A stretch of 63,528 nt of DNA, the filler included, from Octopus bimaculoides (Eukaryota), in assembly GCF_001194135.2 (NCBI RefSeq). It is 5 parts of 5 records of this genome, joined end to end, with 100 filler letters (N's around TTAATTAATTAA, not from the genome) between each part and the next. Parts side by side here need not be neighbours in the genome. Positions count along the whole stretch, not along the records: positions 29,091 to 52,653 come from NC_068991.1; 4 more parts are not named here. One strand, 5' to 3'. Shown one piece after another: positions 38,201 through 51,556 of the stretch. Below the pieces are notes generated by a model. The model was not told where the DNA came from and searched no databases. It saw only the letters and a program-made list of their open reading frames with translations. Made by a program: the position numbers and the translations under genes. Each line of letters opens with the position of its first letter. Positions within the stretch are counted from its first letter, which is position 1.

Positions 38201-40011
38201 NNNNNNNNNNNNNNNNNNNNNNNNNNNNNNNNNNNNNNNNNNNNNNNNNNNNNNNNNNNNNNNNNNNNNNNNNNNNNNNNNNNNNNNNNNNNNNNNNNNN
38301 NNNNNNNNNNNNNNNNNNNNNNNNNNNNNNNNNNNNNNNNNNNNNNNNNNNNNNNNNNNNNNNNNNNNNNNNNNNNNNNNNNNNNNNNNNNNNNNNNNNN
38401 NNNNNNNNNNNNNNNNNNNNNNNNNNNNNNNNNNNNNNNNNNNNNNNNNNNNNNNNNNNNNNNNNNNNNNNNNNNNNNNNNNNNNNNNNNNNNNNNNNNN
38501 NNNNNNNNNNNNNNNNNNNNNNNNNNNNNNNNNNNNNNNNNNNNNNNNNNNNNNATATATATATATATATATATATAATTGAAATTTATAGAGAAACAAA
38601 AGACGAAGACAGGAGTATGAACAACTAGCAAGTGTATTAGTTTGACGCTCAAGTAAAAGTAAAAAGTCGTTTACGTTTCGAGCCTACGCTCTTCAACAGA
38701 AATTACGAAGAGAAAATAAACAAACAGAAATTACGAAGAGAAAATAAACAGAGAGAATGATAAAAAAAAAAAAAAACTTGTAGATTTTAACGATGCAGCA
38801 TGGCGAGTGTATATGTGTATGTGTGTGTGTGTGTGTGTGGTGTGAGTGTGTAGACAGATATAGACAAACGTACATGCATCCATGGATACATGCACACATA
38901 TATGTTTGCATAGCCTAATGAATAATTGTGCACTCTCGTGGGAACGCCTGAGCGAGTGAGTTTGTTAGACTTTTGGAATTCTGTAATATTTAACTCCGAT
39001 ATTATAATTATCGTCCCATTGTTTTATGTTGATGCTGATGACCGTTGTATTGCATTGATATTAGTGATGCATATTTTTCTTTTGTTACTCTTTTGGGTTG
39101 CCGCCATTTGTATCAGCGTCGTTGGTGCCGTTCTTATACAAGCTAAGGCATTAATACAAACAAAGTGTTATATAACTATATGCTTTGTCTGCAAAACTGC
39201 ATTTGAACTGCATGAGATTTTAAGAATGTTCTGTACGTCTTGTTTCTTTCATTTGAACTGTTTGTCTAGTTCTTTCTTAAGACGAATGTTGTTCTGCTTC
39301 TTGTTGTTGTTGCTGCCGCTGCTATTGTTATATTTCTTGTCGGTTATTTTCATTATTTTATACAGCAATTGTATTTTAAATCTAATTTCTCACTAAGCAG
39401 ATATGGGTGCTTAGCAAGTTCCATGATTATATAAGCTTATAGAGAGAGAGGAACACATGAATTTTTCACTGACTCGCACATATATACATATACATAAACA
39501 CGTAGGTATACATATAATTATATATACTTCTATACATACACGATAAAGCAGATATATATATATACATACGTACATATANNNNNNNNNNNNNNNNNNNNNN
39601 NNNNNNNNNNNNNNNNNNNNNNNNNNNNNNNNNNNNNNNNNNNNNNNNNNNNNNNNNNNNNNNNNNNNNNNNNNNNNNNNNNNNNNNNNNNNNNNNNNNN
39701 NNNNNNNNNNNNNNNNNNNNNNNNNNNNNNNNNNNNNNNNNNNNNNNNNNNNNNNNNNNNNNNNNNNNNNNNNNNNNNNNNNNNNNNNNNNNNNNNNNNN
39801 NNNNNNNNNNNNNNNNNNNNNNNNNNNNNNNNNNNNNNNNNNNNNNNNNNNNNNNNNNNNNNNNNNNNNNNNNNNNNNNNNNNNNNNNNNNNNNNNNNNN
39901 NNNNNNNNNNNNNNNNNNNNNNNNNNNNNNNNNNNNNNNNNNNNNNNNNNNNNNNNNNNNNNNNNNNNNNNNNNNNNNNNNNNNNNNNNNNNNNNNNNNN
40001 NNNNNNNNNNN

Positions 40012-40047
<36 letters not shown>

Positions 40048-40691
40048 GTCTACATGTGTGTGTATATATGTATGTATATAAGTATATACATAATTTCATA
40101 TGTATTAGTAACTACACTCACAAAATAATCAATTAGCATGCATCTTTTCACGAATAAGCACATCTATTTGTAAATACATACACACATGCATATGTACATA
40201 CACGCATGAAGACAAACATAGCCCTGCTTCCACCTACAAACTTTTGCTGTTGTCAACGTCTGTTATAAATCATTTCAGAAATCTCACTAACTTCATAAAA
40301 TTAATAATATTGTTAGATGCAAAAACAATGTGTTCGTAGTTCACCATGTAATATAAAGAAACATTAGTCTACATGTAAATATATAGAAACATGCATATAT
40401 GTATATGGATACACGCATACATACATACATACATACGTGGATACACGTATTTATTTGTATATACATGAATGCATACGCATGTATATATATATATGTGTGT
40501 GCCTGTTTGTGTGTGTGTGTGTGGGGGGGGGTGCGTGTGTGTGTGTAAACATTATATACTCATATATATATATAATTGCACAAATATATATCTTCCTCTC
40601 TCTTATAGAGAGGAAGAGAATGAAGGAAGGAAATGAGAATATTACCAGATACACGGAGACATACAGCGACAGACATATATATGTGTGTGTT

Positions 40692-40748
<57 letters not shown>

Positions 40749-40823
40749 NNNNNNNNNNATATATATATATATATATATATATAGATATATATATATATAT
40801 ATGAGTGAGAGAAAGAGAGACAC

Positions 40824-40874
<51 letters not shown>

Positions 40875-40989
40875 TCTACAAAAGAAAATGCTGCTCTTAA
40901 TTATTTGTCAACGTGAATGCTGGAGCCAACATAAAGCACAACCGCCATCGTGATCATTCATTTTATTATTATTATTATCATTATTATAC

Positions 40990-41041
<52 letters not shown>

Positions 41042-41309
41042 CATTATTAGATTTTTCTTTATGCTCATGTGTGAAAATAAGGTTTTAACCTCAGTGGGTG
41101 TAAAAGGTTTGTTTTTTTTTCTAATTATCTCTATTCTTTATAAATCTGATAAGTAAAGTTTGAGTATTTTTCTTTTTGTTTTGTTTTCTTTACGTTTAGT
41201 TATCTTTCTTCATGTCTGAAATAATCCAATCAATGTTTCTATTGTTAAAAGATATCAGCTAAATGTCTTCCCTTTAAAATTTGCTATTTATTTATCTTAT
41301 TGAATTAAA

Positions 41310-41470
41310 ATATTTGAAGTCATTTATTCATATATTTATTTATTTATTTATTTATTCATATATTTATTTATTTATTTATTCATATATTTATTTATTTATT
41401 TATTTATTTATTCATATATTTATTTATTTATTTATTCATATATTTATTTATTTATTTATTTATTTTATTA
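41310..41470. repeat. (ATTT)n-based minisatellite with a recurring ...ttattcatatat... unit
   Basis: Direct inspection. Confidence 0.8.
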
Positions 41471-42530
41471 CTTTCGTTTCAGGGTTATTATTTTTCATTA
41501 AATTGAATTCTTGACGACACTTTGTATAATTATTTTCATTTTACAATCATAAAACTCTATTATAGTTTAAGAGAGAACAAAACAAAAGATGCCTCCCTCT
41601 ATTGATGTGACAAAACGCTTAAGCATATTTTCTTTTGAAATAGTTCATATTCCTAAAGAAAATTACTTGTTTAAACTTCGTTAAAATATTTCACGAAATA
41701 TTTCTGCGACTTCAAGCGCGTTTTATTGACAGAACTTGTAGCTTGTTGGACAAAATGTATCGAGGTATTTGCTTCGGTTCTTTCCAATCAGATTTCGAAT
41801 CCCGCCTTTATCAACTTTTCTCTTTAGCCTTTCAATGGGCGGTAAAATGTGACACACATAAAGTGCTGAGATCAGTTTTATCGACTCGCCTTTTCGCCAA
41901 AACGTCTGACCTTGTTAATATATCAGAAAATATCGGTGCAATAGTGAAATGTTTCACGCGCTGGAAGGAATACTTCTCCGGTTTTAGCTTCGGCTTCTGG
42001 GTTTTGTGTACTAATACCGGAGACGCCTGCTATGACTTTCGTCATTTATTAAAAGGAAAACATAGTCGGCAATTACTAGCGTCGAAATTTCAGTCTACAT
42101 TGAGAAATTCTGGGATCATCAAAAAAATTTGGGGATAGGTAATAGGCGCAAGGCCAGCAATTTGAGGAGACGTGGTTAATGGACGCCATCACCCCAATTT
42201 TAGCGACCGAAAATGATAATATATGAAGATAACCACGACGGGATATGATTTTATAACATGAAGACTCGCAACCAATACGACAATGCAGTTTGTCCAATGC
42301 TTTCAAGATTTGGCCAGTTTATTATATAATTTGGGGATAAATAATTCTTTCCAGATTTTTAATGGCTCATAGTAAATTTGGCAGAAGGCTAGCAACTTTT
42401 TAAGGATGGGGAAAGAAGATTTGATCGACTCCAGCACATAGGTGGTAAACCTTTCATTAAACCTGAAAAGACTGAAAGGTAACGGTCATTGTTGGTGGTA
42501 ATTGAAATCTGAAAGCTTAATGGGATGGAA

Positions 42531-42615
42531 TGAAGAAGAAGAAGAAGAAGAAGAAGAAGAAGAAGAAGAAGAAGAAGAAGAAGAAGAAGAAGAAGAAGAA
42601 GAAGAAGAAGAAGAA
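42531..42615. repeat. (GAA)n microsatellite
   Basis: Direct inspection. Confidence 0.95.
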
Positions 42616-43743
42616 ATGTGTGTTGTTTATGAGTGATTTCAGGTAAAATAGGTAAGTAGCCTTTGTCTAGATGAGATATAGGATGTTAGTGTAGTCATGC
42701 AGCGTCGTAGTCGCAGATATTGCTCATGTCCTGCATGGTAAGTCTAATCTGTGCTTTGCTAAGTGTTAGAAGTTACTGGGTACTAAAGTATGTACTTACT
42801 TACTCGAAATAAGAAGGCCATAGTTTTTCTGGTGTAATCTTCATCCTGTTGAGGAGGCGTTTGCCAGATTGTAATGTTCCTTTGCATAGTGATTTCTGCC
42901 ATTGTTCTGTTGTGGATTTGCGTATCTGAAAACCACTGAAAAATAACATCCATAGAATCAGGAGCCAAGGTGCCACGCAATGGGACTAAACGTTCTTACC
43001 TCACCGCCACGACCATTTTTTTCTTCGTCTCTTATGCTCTTTCATTTTACCAATTTTGGTTACTTTTGTACATTGACGGCAGACAGTTGTGTCTGCACAA
43101 AAACATTCACAGCCCAAGGTGCCACGCAATGGGACTAAACGTTCGTACCAAACCGCCACGGCCATTTTTTCTTCGTCTTCGTCTTAAAATAACTCATGTA
43201 TTACAGTTGGGTACAGAAAGTGTTGCTGGGGTGAAGGATGGTTCCGTCCCTTCGTCACTGTCGTACTTTGAGTAAAAGTAATTATTGTGTAGGAGAACTA
43301 CAACTACGCCTTTTTATACGAATGTGTGTGGTTGTCAAAACAGACCCCTGTGTCCCACCAAAAATTAATACCACGTGGTTTAAAGCGAACTTTATCAGAA
43401 AGACCATTGATGAAAATGAGGTCATTGCGGCACAGATGGAGTGTTTTGAACATAACCGAACCCGTGGGAACCCAAGAGTTCATAATTTCAACTAACATGG
43501 AATACCATTGCATCTCAGTCAAAGAAAGCTCTTTCTGTTCATACTACGAAGTTGTGATATATAATATGGAGCAACAAATACAAACTTCAGCATATACGAA
43601 TCATAGTTGGGTGGCTTTTACAGGAAATTTGTGAATACACATCGTTTGAAAACATTGTAATTTTCGGAGCAGCAATATAGTTTTTGATACAATTCTTGAG
43701 GACAACATAAAAATGTGGGACTCAAAGATATATATTTTATATT

Positions 43744-43974
43744 CTTTTATTCTTTTATCTGTTTCAGTCATTTGATTGCGGCCATGCTGGAACACCGCCT
43801 TGAAGGATTTTAGTTGAACAAATCGACCCCATTAATATTTTTATTTAAAGTCTAATACTTATCCTATCGGTTTCTTTTGCCGAACCACTAAGTTACGGGG
43901 ACATAAAAACATCAACTTTAGTTGTCATGCAATGGTGATGGGGCGGACAAACACATGCACAAAGACACCCAAAA

Positions 43975-44030
<56 letters not shown>

Positions 44031-44166
44031 GTTATATTATATTATATTATTTCAGTATCCGTCTACAAAATCCACTTGCAGCGCTCTTTGGTCGGCTCGA
44101 GACCATAGCAGTAGGACCCAAGGTACCACGCAGTAGGACAAAACGTTCTTACCACACCGCCATGAC
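43744..44166 (-). mobile_element. Family-A SINE with an internally deleted head
   Basis: gtttcagtcatttgattgcggccatgctggaacaccgcc...gccgaaccactaagttacgggg...ccgtctacaaaatccac; the head lacks the segment between the B box and the A box. Confidence 0.8.
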
Positions 44167-44979
44167 AATTTTTTCTTCGTCTTATGGTCTTTCATTTTAC
44201 CGATTTTAGTTACTTTTGTACAGTGACTGCAGACAGGTGTGTGTGCACACAAACAGGCTATATTTTCAGAATCGTCCTAAATGCTATTATTTGAATAAAT
44301 TTAGTTCTTCATCCCTGTTTTAATTCTCATCTCCTACCATTTGTTTTTGTATGAGAATACTGAGTTTTTTCTTATTTCAATGTTAAAATATCTGCTATTT
44401 CTAGTCCACGAAGGTGACAGAACCCCCCCAACGTATCTGAGATTTACAAACATGTTTTCAGTACCTTTCGTTCTATTTTATTTTTCATTTCCTTATAGAA
44501 ATGACTATACTCTGCTGTTGAGACAACGAAGCAATAACAATTATTAACATGTGAAAATCATTTGGACGTTGAGACAGAATGTTCTGCTTGTAGCTTGTTC
44601 CCAAACATTAATCTGATACTTAAGATGTTAATGGCTGAAAGTCGTTCAAATATTTTCAGAAGAAAACAATGAAATATTTATATAATTTCACTTTAAAATA
44701 TGTCACAATTGCTAAACTGGGCGTTGAAGACAACTTAGAGTTTGTAAACTACTTAACATATATTTGGAATCAATATTTTATCACTTCATCATTTGATTGT
44801 CATGGAAATATGCTAAATAAACCCTGTTTTTCCCCTAAAAATTCCAGACTATTCTGAGCGGAATGTATATGAAAATTTCATTAAAGTTGGGTGTTGTTTG
44901 TAGAAAAATACAAAACTCTGAAATTCTTTCTGTATTTTTGTAAGTCACTGTAGATGTTATCGCATTACGAGAGACAAAT

Positions 44980-45144
44980 CTGCTACTACTACTACTACTA
45001 CGACTACTACTACTACTGCTGCTGCTGCTTCTGCTGCTACAACTACTACTACTACTACTACTACTACTAGTGCTGCTACTACTACTACTACTACTACTAC
45101 TACTAGTGCTGCTACTACTACTACTACTACTACTACTAGTGCTG

Positions 45145-45193
<49 letters not shown>

Positions 45194-45216
45194 CACTGCT
45201 GCTGCTGCTGCTGCTG

Positions 45217-45268
<52 letters not shown>

Positions 45269-45270
45269 AA
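44980..45270. repeat. Compound (CTA)n/(CTG)n trinucleotide array
   Basis: Direct inspection; source of the poly-L and poly-V ORFs in the track. Confidence 0.95.
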
Positions 45271-46357
45271 TATCGTGTTGTATAAATCTTGGTGTCTTAA
45301 AGGCAAGACACAATGTGATTATTGGAACCTCAACGCATTTTTTGATATTTAAATGCACATCTTTGAGTATATTCAATAGATATTCGAATTTCAAGTGTTA
45401 GAAATTATCAGGAAATTTGCAACAAAACAACAACGGCAACAGTTATTGCTTCTTCATTTGTCACAAATGTCAATCGTATAACAAACAAATTGCCTTACAG
45501 AAGAATGACAATGTAAGTGGGCAATAAACGGGAATAGAATAAATTAAAACGGGCTTTAATTAAATACAGTATTTTCAAAGACTCAAAGCCCCTACATAGT
45601 AAAAGAGATGTACCACGTAGAGAGGAAGAGGCAATCCCATGACGCAGTTACTTTCCACTCTAGAGAATGCTTGCCCTTTACAGATTGTAACTGAATGATA
45701 TAATTTAATGCTCAGTTTTCTGAGACAAACCAATGTCACTGCTTTTGTCCGTCTTTTCCCTGGAACTGATACACGAGTAACACCTCTCACTCCAACTTCA
45801 CATTCTACTCAGTTAATCGGAGGCGAATTTTCGTGGCTAAACACTTCATAGTCTGCCAATTGATACACCTACTGACTTATTGATGGATTTAATGTCGGTC
45901 ACATCATCACTGGCACGTTGTTCGTTCAATTATTCGGAAGTCAAATAGTCTCGTTAAATCCTTCACGGTTCATTTCGTCGTCAGTTATGTTCGTCATCGG
46001 TTTGTCGTCAGCATTCAAGCCAGACTGTTATTAAAATATTTCATTTTGTATATTCTGGTTTCAACTCCTAACATTTGTTTAGGTATCGGTTCAAATTGCG
46101 TACCTGAATAATGCGCAGTTCCTTAACTCAGGAAGACGGGTAAGTGTTGAATCACTACAATGGTAGGTTGTTTCAAGCAGCATTTCGCTAACATACAAAG
46201 CATAACTATATCAACATGTAAGGTAAAGGAATTAATATGTAACGTAAAGAAAGTAATACGTAACGTAAAAATAATGAATATGTAACGTAAAGAAATTGCT
46301 GGGTAATGTAAAGAAATAAATTATGTCCCATACAGGAAATAAATTCCAGGGATATAT

Positions 46358-46785
46358 TCTTTACTCTTTACCCTTTTACTTGTTTCAGTCATTTCACTGT
46401 GGCCATGCTGGAGCACCACCTTTAGTCGTGCAAATCGACCCCAGGAATTATTCTTTGTAAGCCTAGTACGTATTCTAACGATCTGTTTTTGGCGAACCGC
46501 TAGTTTACGGAGACGTAAACTCACCAACATCGGCTGTCAAGCGATGTTGGGGGACAAACACAGACACACAAACTTATACACACAGATATATATATAATAT
46601 ATATATATATATACAAATATACGACGGGCTTCTTTCAGTTTCTGTCTACCAAATCCACTCACAAGGCTTTGGTCGGCCCGAAGCTATAGTAGAAGACACT
46701 TGCCCAAGGTGTCACGTACTGGGATTGAACCCAGAACCGTGTGGTTCGTAAGCAAGCTACTTACCACACAGTCACTCCTACGCCT
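46358..46785 (-). mobile_element. Family-A CORE-like tRNA SINE, full length, well preserved
   Basis: Reverse complement: AGGCGTAGGAGTGACTGTGTGGTAAGTAGC...GGTTCAATCCC...GACACCTTGGGCAAGTGTCTTCT (CORE-like CCTTGGGCAAGT), central microsatellite, tail ...GACTGAAACAAGTAAAAG. Confidence 0.88.
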
Positions 46786-47911
46786 AGTAAGAAGATAACA
46801 ATGAGAATATCTTGTATAACTGTCGAGGAAGCGAGCGGTTGCACAATAGTAAGTAAACATTTAAGGAAGTTATTCCGCATTGGAATTGAACTCGTGTTTT
46901 TGCGTTACGGATTTCTTATCAACACGGCTATGACTATGTATTTTAAAGTTTATTCATTTCGGAAAGAAAGAAATATTAAAAGACCATTTGCATATCAACA
47001 ACTTGCTATTCCAGACATTCGTCTTAACTATAAATTGCTAATAGATTTCCTGGAATAACTCGATATCACGTTTCAAGTAAACATATATATGTTATTGAGA
47101 TATTATTGTCGATGTTGTATCCATGTTATTAATATTGTTCTTATTGTTAGCTTGTAGAATCTACTCATGTTTTCATATTTTTCAATTTATTATATTGCTT
47201 TTTTTTTGTTCATTTTTTAACATTTTATATTCATTAAAATCATTTTCTTGATCAAAGTGCTTTTCCTAAAAAATTTAAATAATTAAATAATGAAGGGATG
47301 ATTAAAACGGTTTCTATATAAAGTTGAAGAGACTCTTAACATTTAAACCATTAATATCAATGAATTAGACTAATCAGTGAATTTAATCTGCTAATTATTA
47401 CTGTTACTTTTGTTGATATTATGTAAAAGCATATTGTTTAGATGTAGTAGCTATACGATATATATTTTATCTCATATATATGTGATTTTGTACATATATG
47501 TGTGTATGCGTGTGCAGAAACACACACATACATGTGCATGTATATACGTTATGTGTATATATGCAAACGCGGTTTCTTTCTGACACGCTCGCTCTTTTTC
47601 TCTTTCACTACTACATGGATATACGCGCAAAAACATTAACTGTTACGCACGTTTTATGTATATTTCCATATCATGTGAAGTAGTTATCACATTAATTACT
47701 GTGAAACAAAGAATTGGACGCAGGAAGCACTGACAGAAATATTTCCTATTTAATAGCAACATCTTCGAATCTTAATGCGTTTTCCGTGTATCATTTTGAA
47801 AAGATGTTGGTTTTCGAACACCACGACATACATACATACACACATACATACATTCATACATACGTACATACATATACATACATACATACATACATACATA
47901 TACATACATGC

Positions 47912-47942
<31 letters not shown>

Positions 47943-47991
47943 TATANNNNNNNNNNNNNNNNNNNNNNNNNNNNNNNNNTATATATATGTA

Positions 47992-48022
<31 letters not shown>

Positions 48023-49361
48023 TAGATTATATTTTATTATATACCATATATTACATATTTTTAAATTCAAGGGCTCCCTGTGATTTTTCTTTCAAAGAAC
48101 GTCTAAAATACATCGAAACCTCGATATCCGCTTATTATTTGCCATTGACAAATTCCATAAAAGATAGCATTCAGGCAGAATACGAGTTTACTCTGCTTCT
48201 GAAAGCAGGTCTTCATCGACCTCATAAGTAACATTTGCATGCTTTCATACACACAGAAAGATGGTTTACTACTTCATTATGCAAATATATCTGGAGATTG
48301 AAGAATAATAATATAACCAATTATAAAACGATATACACATATATTCCATATGCAAAATCAAGTGACGTTTTTTTCTCTTCAGTAACTTGCGTACTAAAAA
48401 GACCCATTAGCAATGAAATTCTCCCTTCGATCAACATTTATTTCTGAATAAATGATTTTTTAAAAATATACAGCTATATCCCACTGTATGGCTAATCGAC
48501 AAAAGACAGTAACAAAAAGACTATGGTAGTTGAAAATTCATCATTAACCATCATTGGTAGGCCGGTACAGATACATCGATCCTAATCTTTTGTTCAAAAC
48601 TAAAATAAAATCTGTAATGTTAAGTTACTCTCTTCTGCAATACATAAGTAGCACCTTCCGGGACAATGAATATAGAGGAATGCTTTCATTATGGTACAGA
48701 TCAGTCTTTCAAAATATAAATATCACATCGAATCCAGTTAGATTTCGATATTTATGTAATAGGTAACATTTCTGAATTCAGCAAAGTGCATTATATACGT
48801 GCTTTGCCAAAATACTTTTTAAAGGATTTTCAATAAAACGTGGCTGTTGAGTAGAAGAAAAACCTTATAATCTCGTACGAAACTAATATTTTTGAAAAGT
48901 ACATATTTTGTGTGGGTTCAGATATATACTTACAACAGGTGATTTTACAACGTTCAGACTGGAAATATTTCTGTTTATGATAAGTATGATGGGGAAGTGG
49001 AGTTTTGATTCCACTGAAATTCATCATAGATGAGTCGGTACTTGTATGTATATTTATTATCATAGTGCTATGTTTATTGTTTACAGAGAAAAGCTCATCC
49101 ATATTTTTTCATATAGTGAGATTTAGCTTGTTCTCTATGCGGCATATATTCAAATTTAGAGGGCATTGTTAGTCCTTAAATCACTTATGAGTTTTAAAAA
49201 ACGTCCCGAGGCGATGAAGTGGCAAAATCATTTGCTCGACCGGCAAAATATTTAACGGTACTTCGTCCGTCTTTACGTTATACGTTCAAATTCAACCGAT
49301 GTCACCTTTCCCTGTATACATACATACATACACACATATATGTATGCCTATATAAATATGT

Positions 49362-49405
<44 letters not shown>

Positions 49406-49557
49406 NNNNNNNNNNNNNNNNNNNNNNNNNNNNNNNNNNNNNNNNNNNNNNNNNNNNNNNNNNNNNNNNNNNNNNNNNNNNNNNNNNNNNNNNNNNNNNN
49501 NNNNNNNNNNNNNNNNNNNNNNNNNNNNNNNNNNNNNNNNNNNNNNNNNNNNNNNNN

Positions 49558-49590
<33 letters not shown>

Positions 49591-49698
49591 GTGTGAGTGT
49601 GTGCGTGTGTGTGAGTGTGTGTGTGAGTGTGTGTGTTTGTGTGTATATGTGTATCTATATGTATGTATATATATATATGTGTGTGTACGTATGTATAT

Positions 49699-50093
49699 AC
49701 TCTTTTACTTGTTTCAGTCATTTGACTGCGGCCATGCTGGAGCACCGCCTTTAGTCGAGCAAATCGACCTCAGGACTTATTCTGTGTAAGCCTAGTACTT
49801 ATTCTATCGTTTTCTTTTGCCGGACTGCTAGGTTACGGGAACGTAAACACACCGGCATCGGTTGTCAAGCGATGTTGGGGGGACAAACACAGGCACACAA
49901 ACACACACATATATACAGACACATATATACGACGGGTTTATTTCAGTTTCCGTCTACCAAATCCACTCACAAGGCTATGGTCGGCCCGAGGCTATAGTAG
50001 AAGACACTTATCCAAGGTGGCACGTAGTGGGACTGAACCTGGAACCATGTGGTTGGTAATCATGCTACTTACCAGACAGCCGCTCCAGCGCCT
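49699..50093 (-). mobile_element. Family-A SINE, full length
   Basis: High similarity to 46358-46785 along its length. Confidence 0.88.
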
Positions 50094-50765
50094 ATATATA
50101 TATATAAATATATGCATATATATATACATGAATATATATATATNNNNNNNNNNNNNNNNNNNNNNNNNNNNNNNNNNNNNNNNNNNNNNNNNNNNNNNNN
50201 NNNNNNNNNNNNNNNNNNNNNNNNNNNNNNNNNNNNNNNNNNNNNNNNNNNNNNNNNNNNNNNNNNNNNNNNNNNNNNNNNNNNNNNNNNNNNNNNNNNN
50301 NNNNNNNNNNNNNNNNNNNNNNNNNNNNNNNNNNNNNNNNNNNNNNNNNNNNNNNNNNNNNNNNNNNNNNNNNNNNNNNNNNNNNNNNNNNNNNNNNNNN
50401 NNNNNNNNNNNNNNNNNNNNNNNNNNNNNNNNNNNNNNNNNNNNNNNNNNNNNNNNNNNNNNNNNNNNNNNNNNNNNNNNNNNNNNNNNNNNNNNNNNNN
50501 NNNNNNNNNNNNNNNNNNNNNNNNNNNNNNNNNNNNNNNNNNNNNNNNNNNNNNNNNNNNNNNNNNNNNNNNNNNNNNNNNNNNNNNNNNNNNNNNNNNN
50601 NNNNNNNNNNNNNNNNNNNNNNNNNNNNNNNNNNNNNNNNNNNNNNNNNNNNNNNNNNNNNNNNNNNNNNNNNNNNNNNNNNNNNNNNNNNNNNNNNNNN
50701 NNNNNNNNNNNNNNNNNNNNNNNNNNNNNNNNNNNNNNNNNNNNNNNNNNNNNNNNNNNNNNNNN

Positions 50766-51040
50766 TTTACAAATCGTTTGTCGTAGCATCTCTGTTGTAT
50801 TCTTCTGAAACATGGACGGGTTATGAAAGACATTTCAGATTGTTAGAACGATTCCACCAAAAATGCCTTCGCCGTATTTTAAACATTAAACGGGGCTTTT
50901 TTGCTTCAGACACAGATGTCTTTGCGTCTGCAGGCATCAATGATTCTGAAAAACGGAATGATATGGTCTAGTCATATTGTTCGAATGTCGAGTGAACGCA
51001 CACCCAATCAGATATGTTGTGGCGAGCTTGCAGAGCTCTG
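50766..51040 (+). mobile_element. RTE-clade LINE ORF2 C-terminal fragment
   Basis: YKSFVVASLLYSSETWTGYERHFRLLERFHQKCLRRILNIK, then a frameshift to MILKNGMIWSSHIVRMSSERTPNQICCGEL. Matches the RTE pattern LLYGSETW...FHQRCLRRIL...LRWAGHVVRM...PKQLFYGEL. Confidence 0.85.
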
Positions 51041-51495
51041 AATGATTTCTTCTTTACTTTAAAACACGCTTTTCTCTCCTCGAGTCTCTATAGACGCAGT
51101 CATCTAACATTACAATTGTATTTATTCAATTCTCTTCTATAATAAACACATTTTCCTCAAGATTTTCACACATCTTATTTACATGTGAACAACGTTAGAG
51201 ATCGTTCAACCCCATTCTCACTAAATTATTGTTTTCCGTATCACTACCCTGCTTTCTTATATTTCTTAGTATTTTCAGTGACTTATACAACAGAAAAACC
51301 TTCTGTTCCTTTTTTCTACTTCTTCAGCTTTTTTCCATAAAATTAACTTCAACGTAGTCCTTCATTCGCAGCAATGACAGACGTACATCGTACTCTTACG
51401 TTTTCCTGTTTATATTTCTGTCCCATTTATATATGTATATAGTTATATATTCATTTGGCTATTTTTATAGTACTATATGTATTTTTCCTTATTTT

Positions 51496-51556
<61 letters not shown>

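Noticed and set aside
38926-39396. 156-aa hydrophobic ORF
   Set aside because: Low-complexity, T-rich strand bias and no family motif.
42965-44254. Repeated units as a CRISPR-like or regulatory array
   Set aside because: The units are SINE-derived, irregularly spaced and eukaryotic, with no spacer structure or cas genes.
46235-46310. Three to four GTAACGTAAA repeats resembling bZIP sites
   Set aside because: More simply a decayed short tandem repeat next to a SINE tail.
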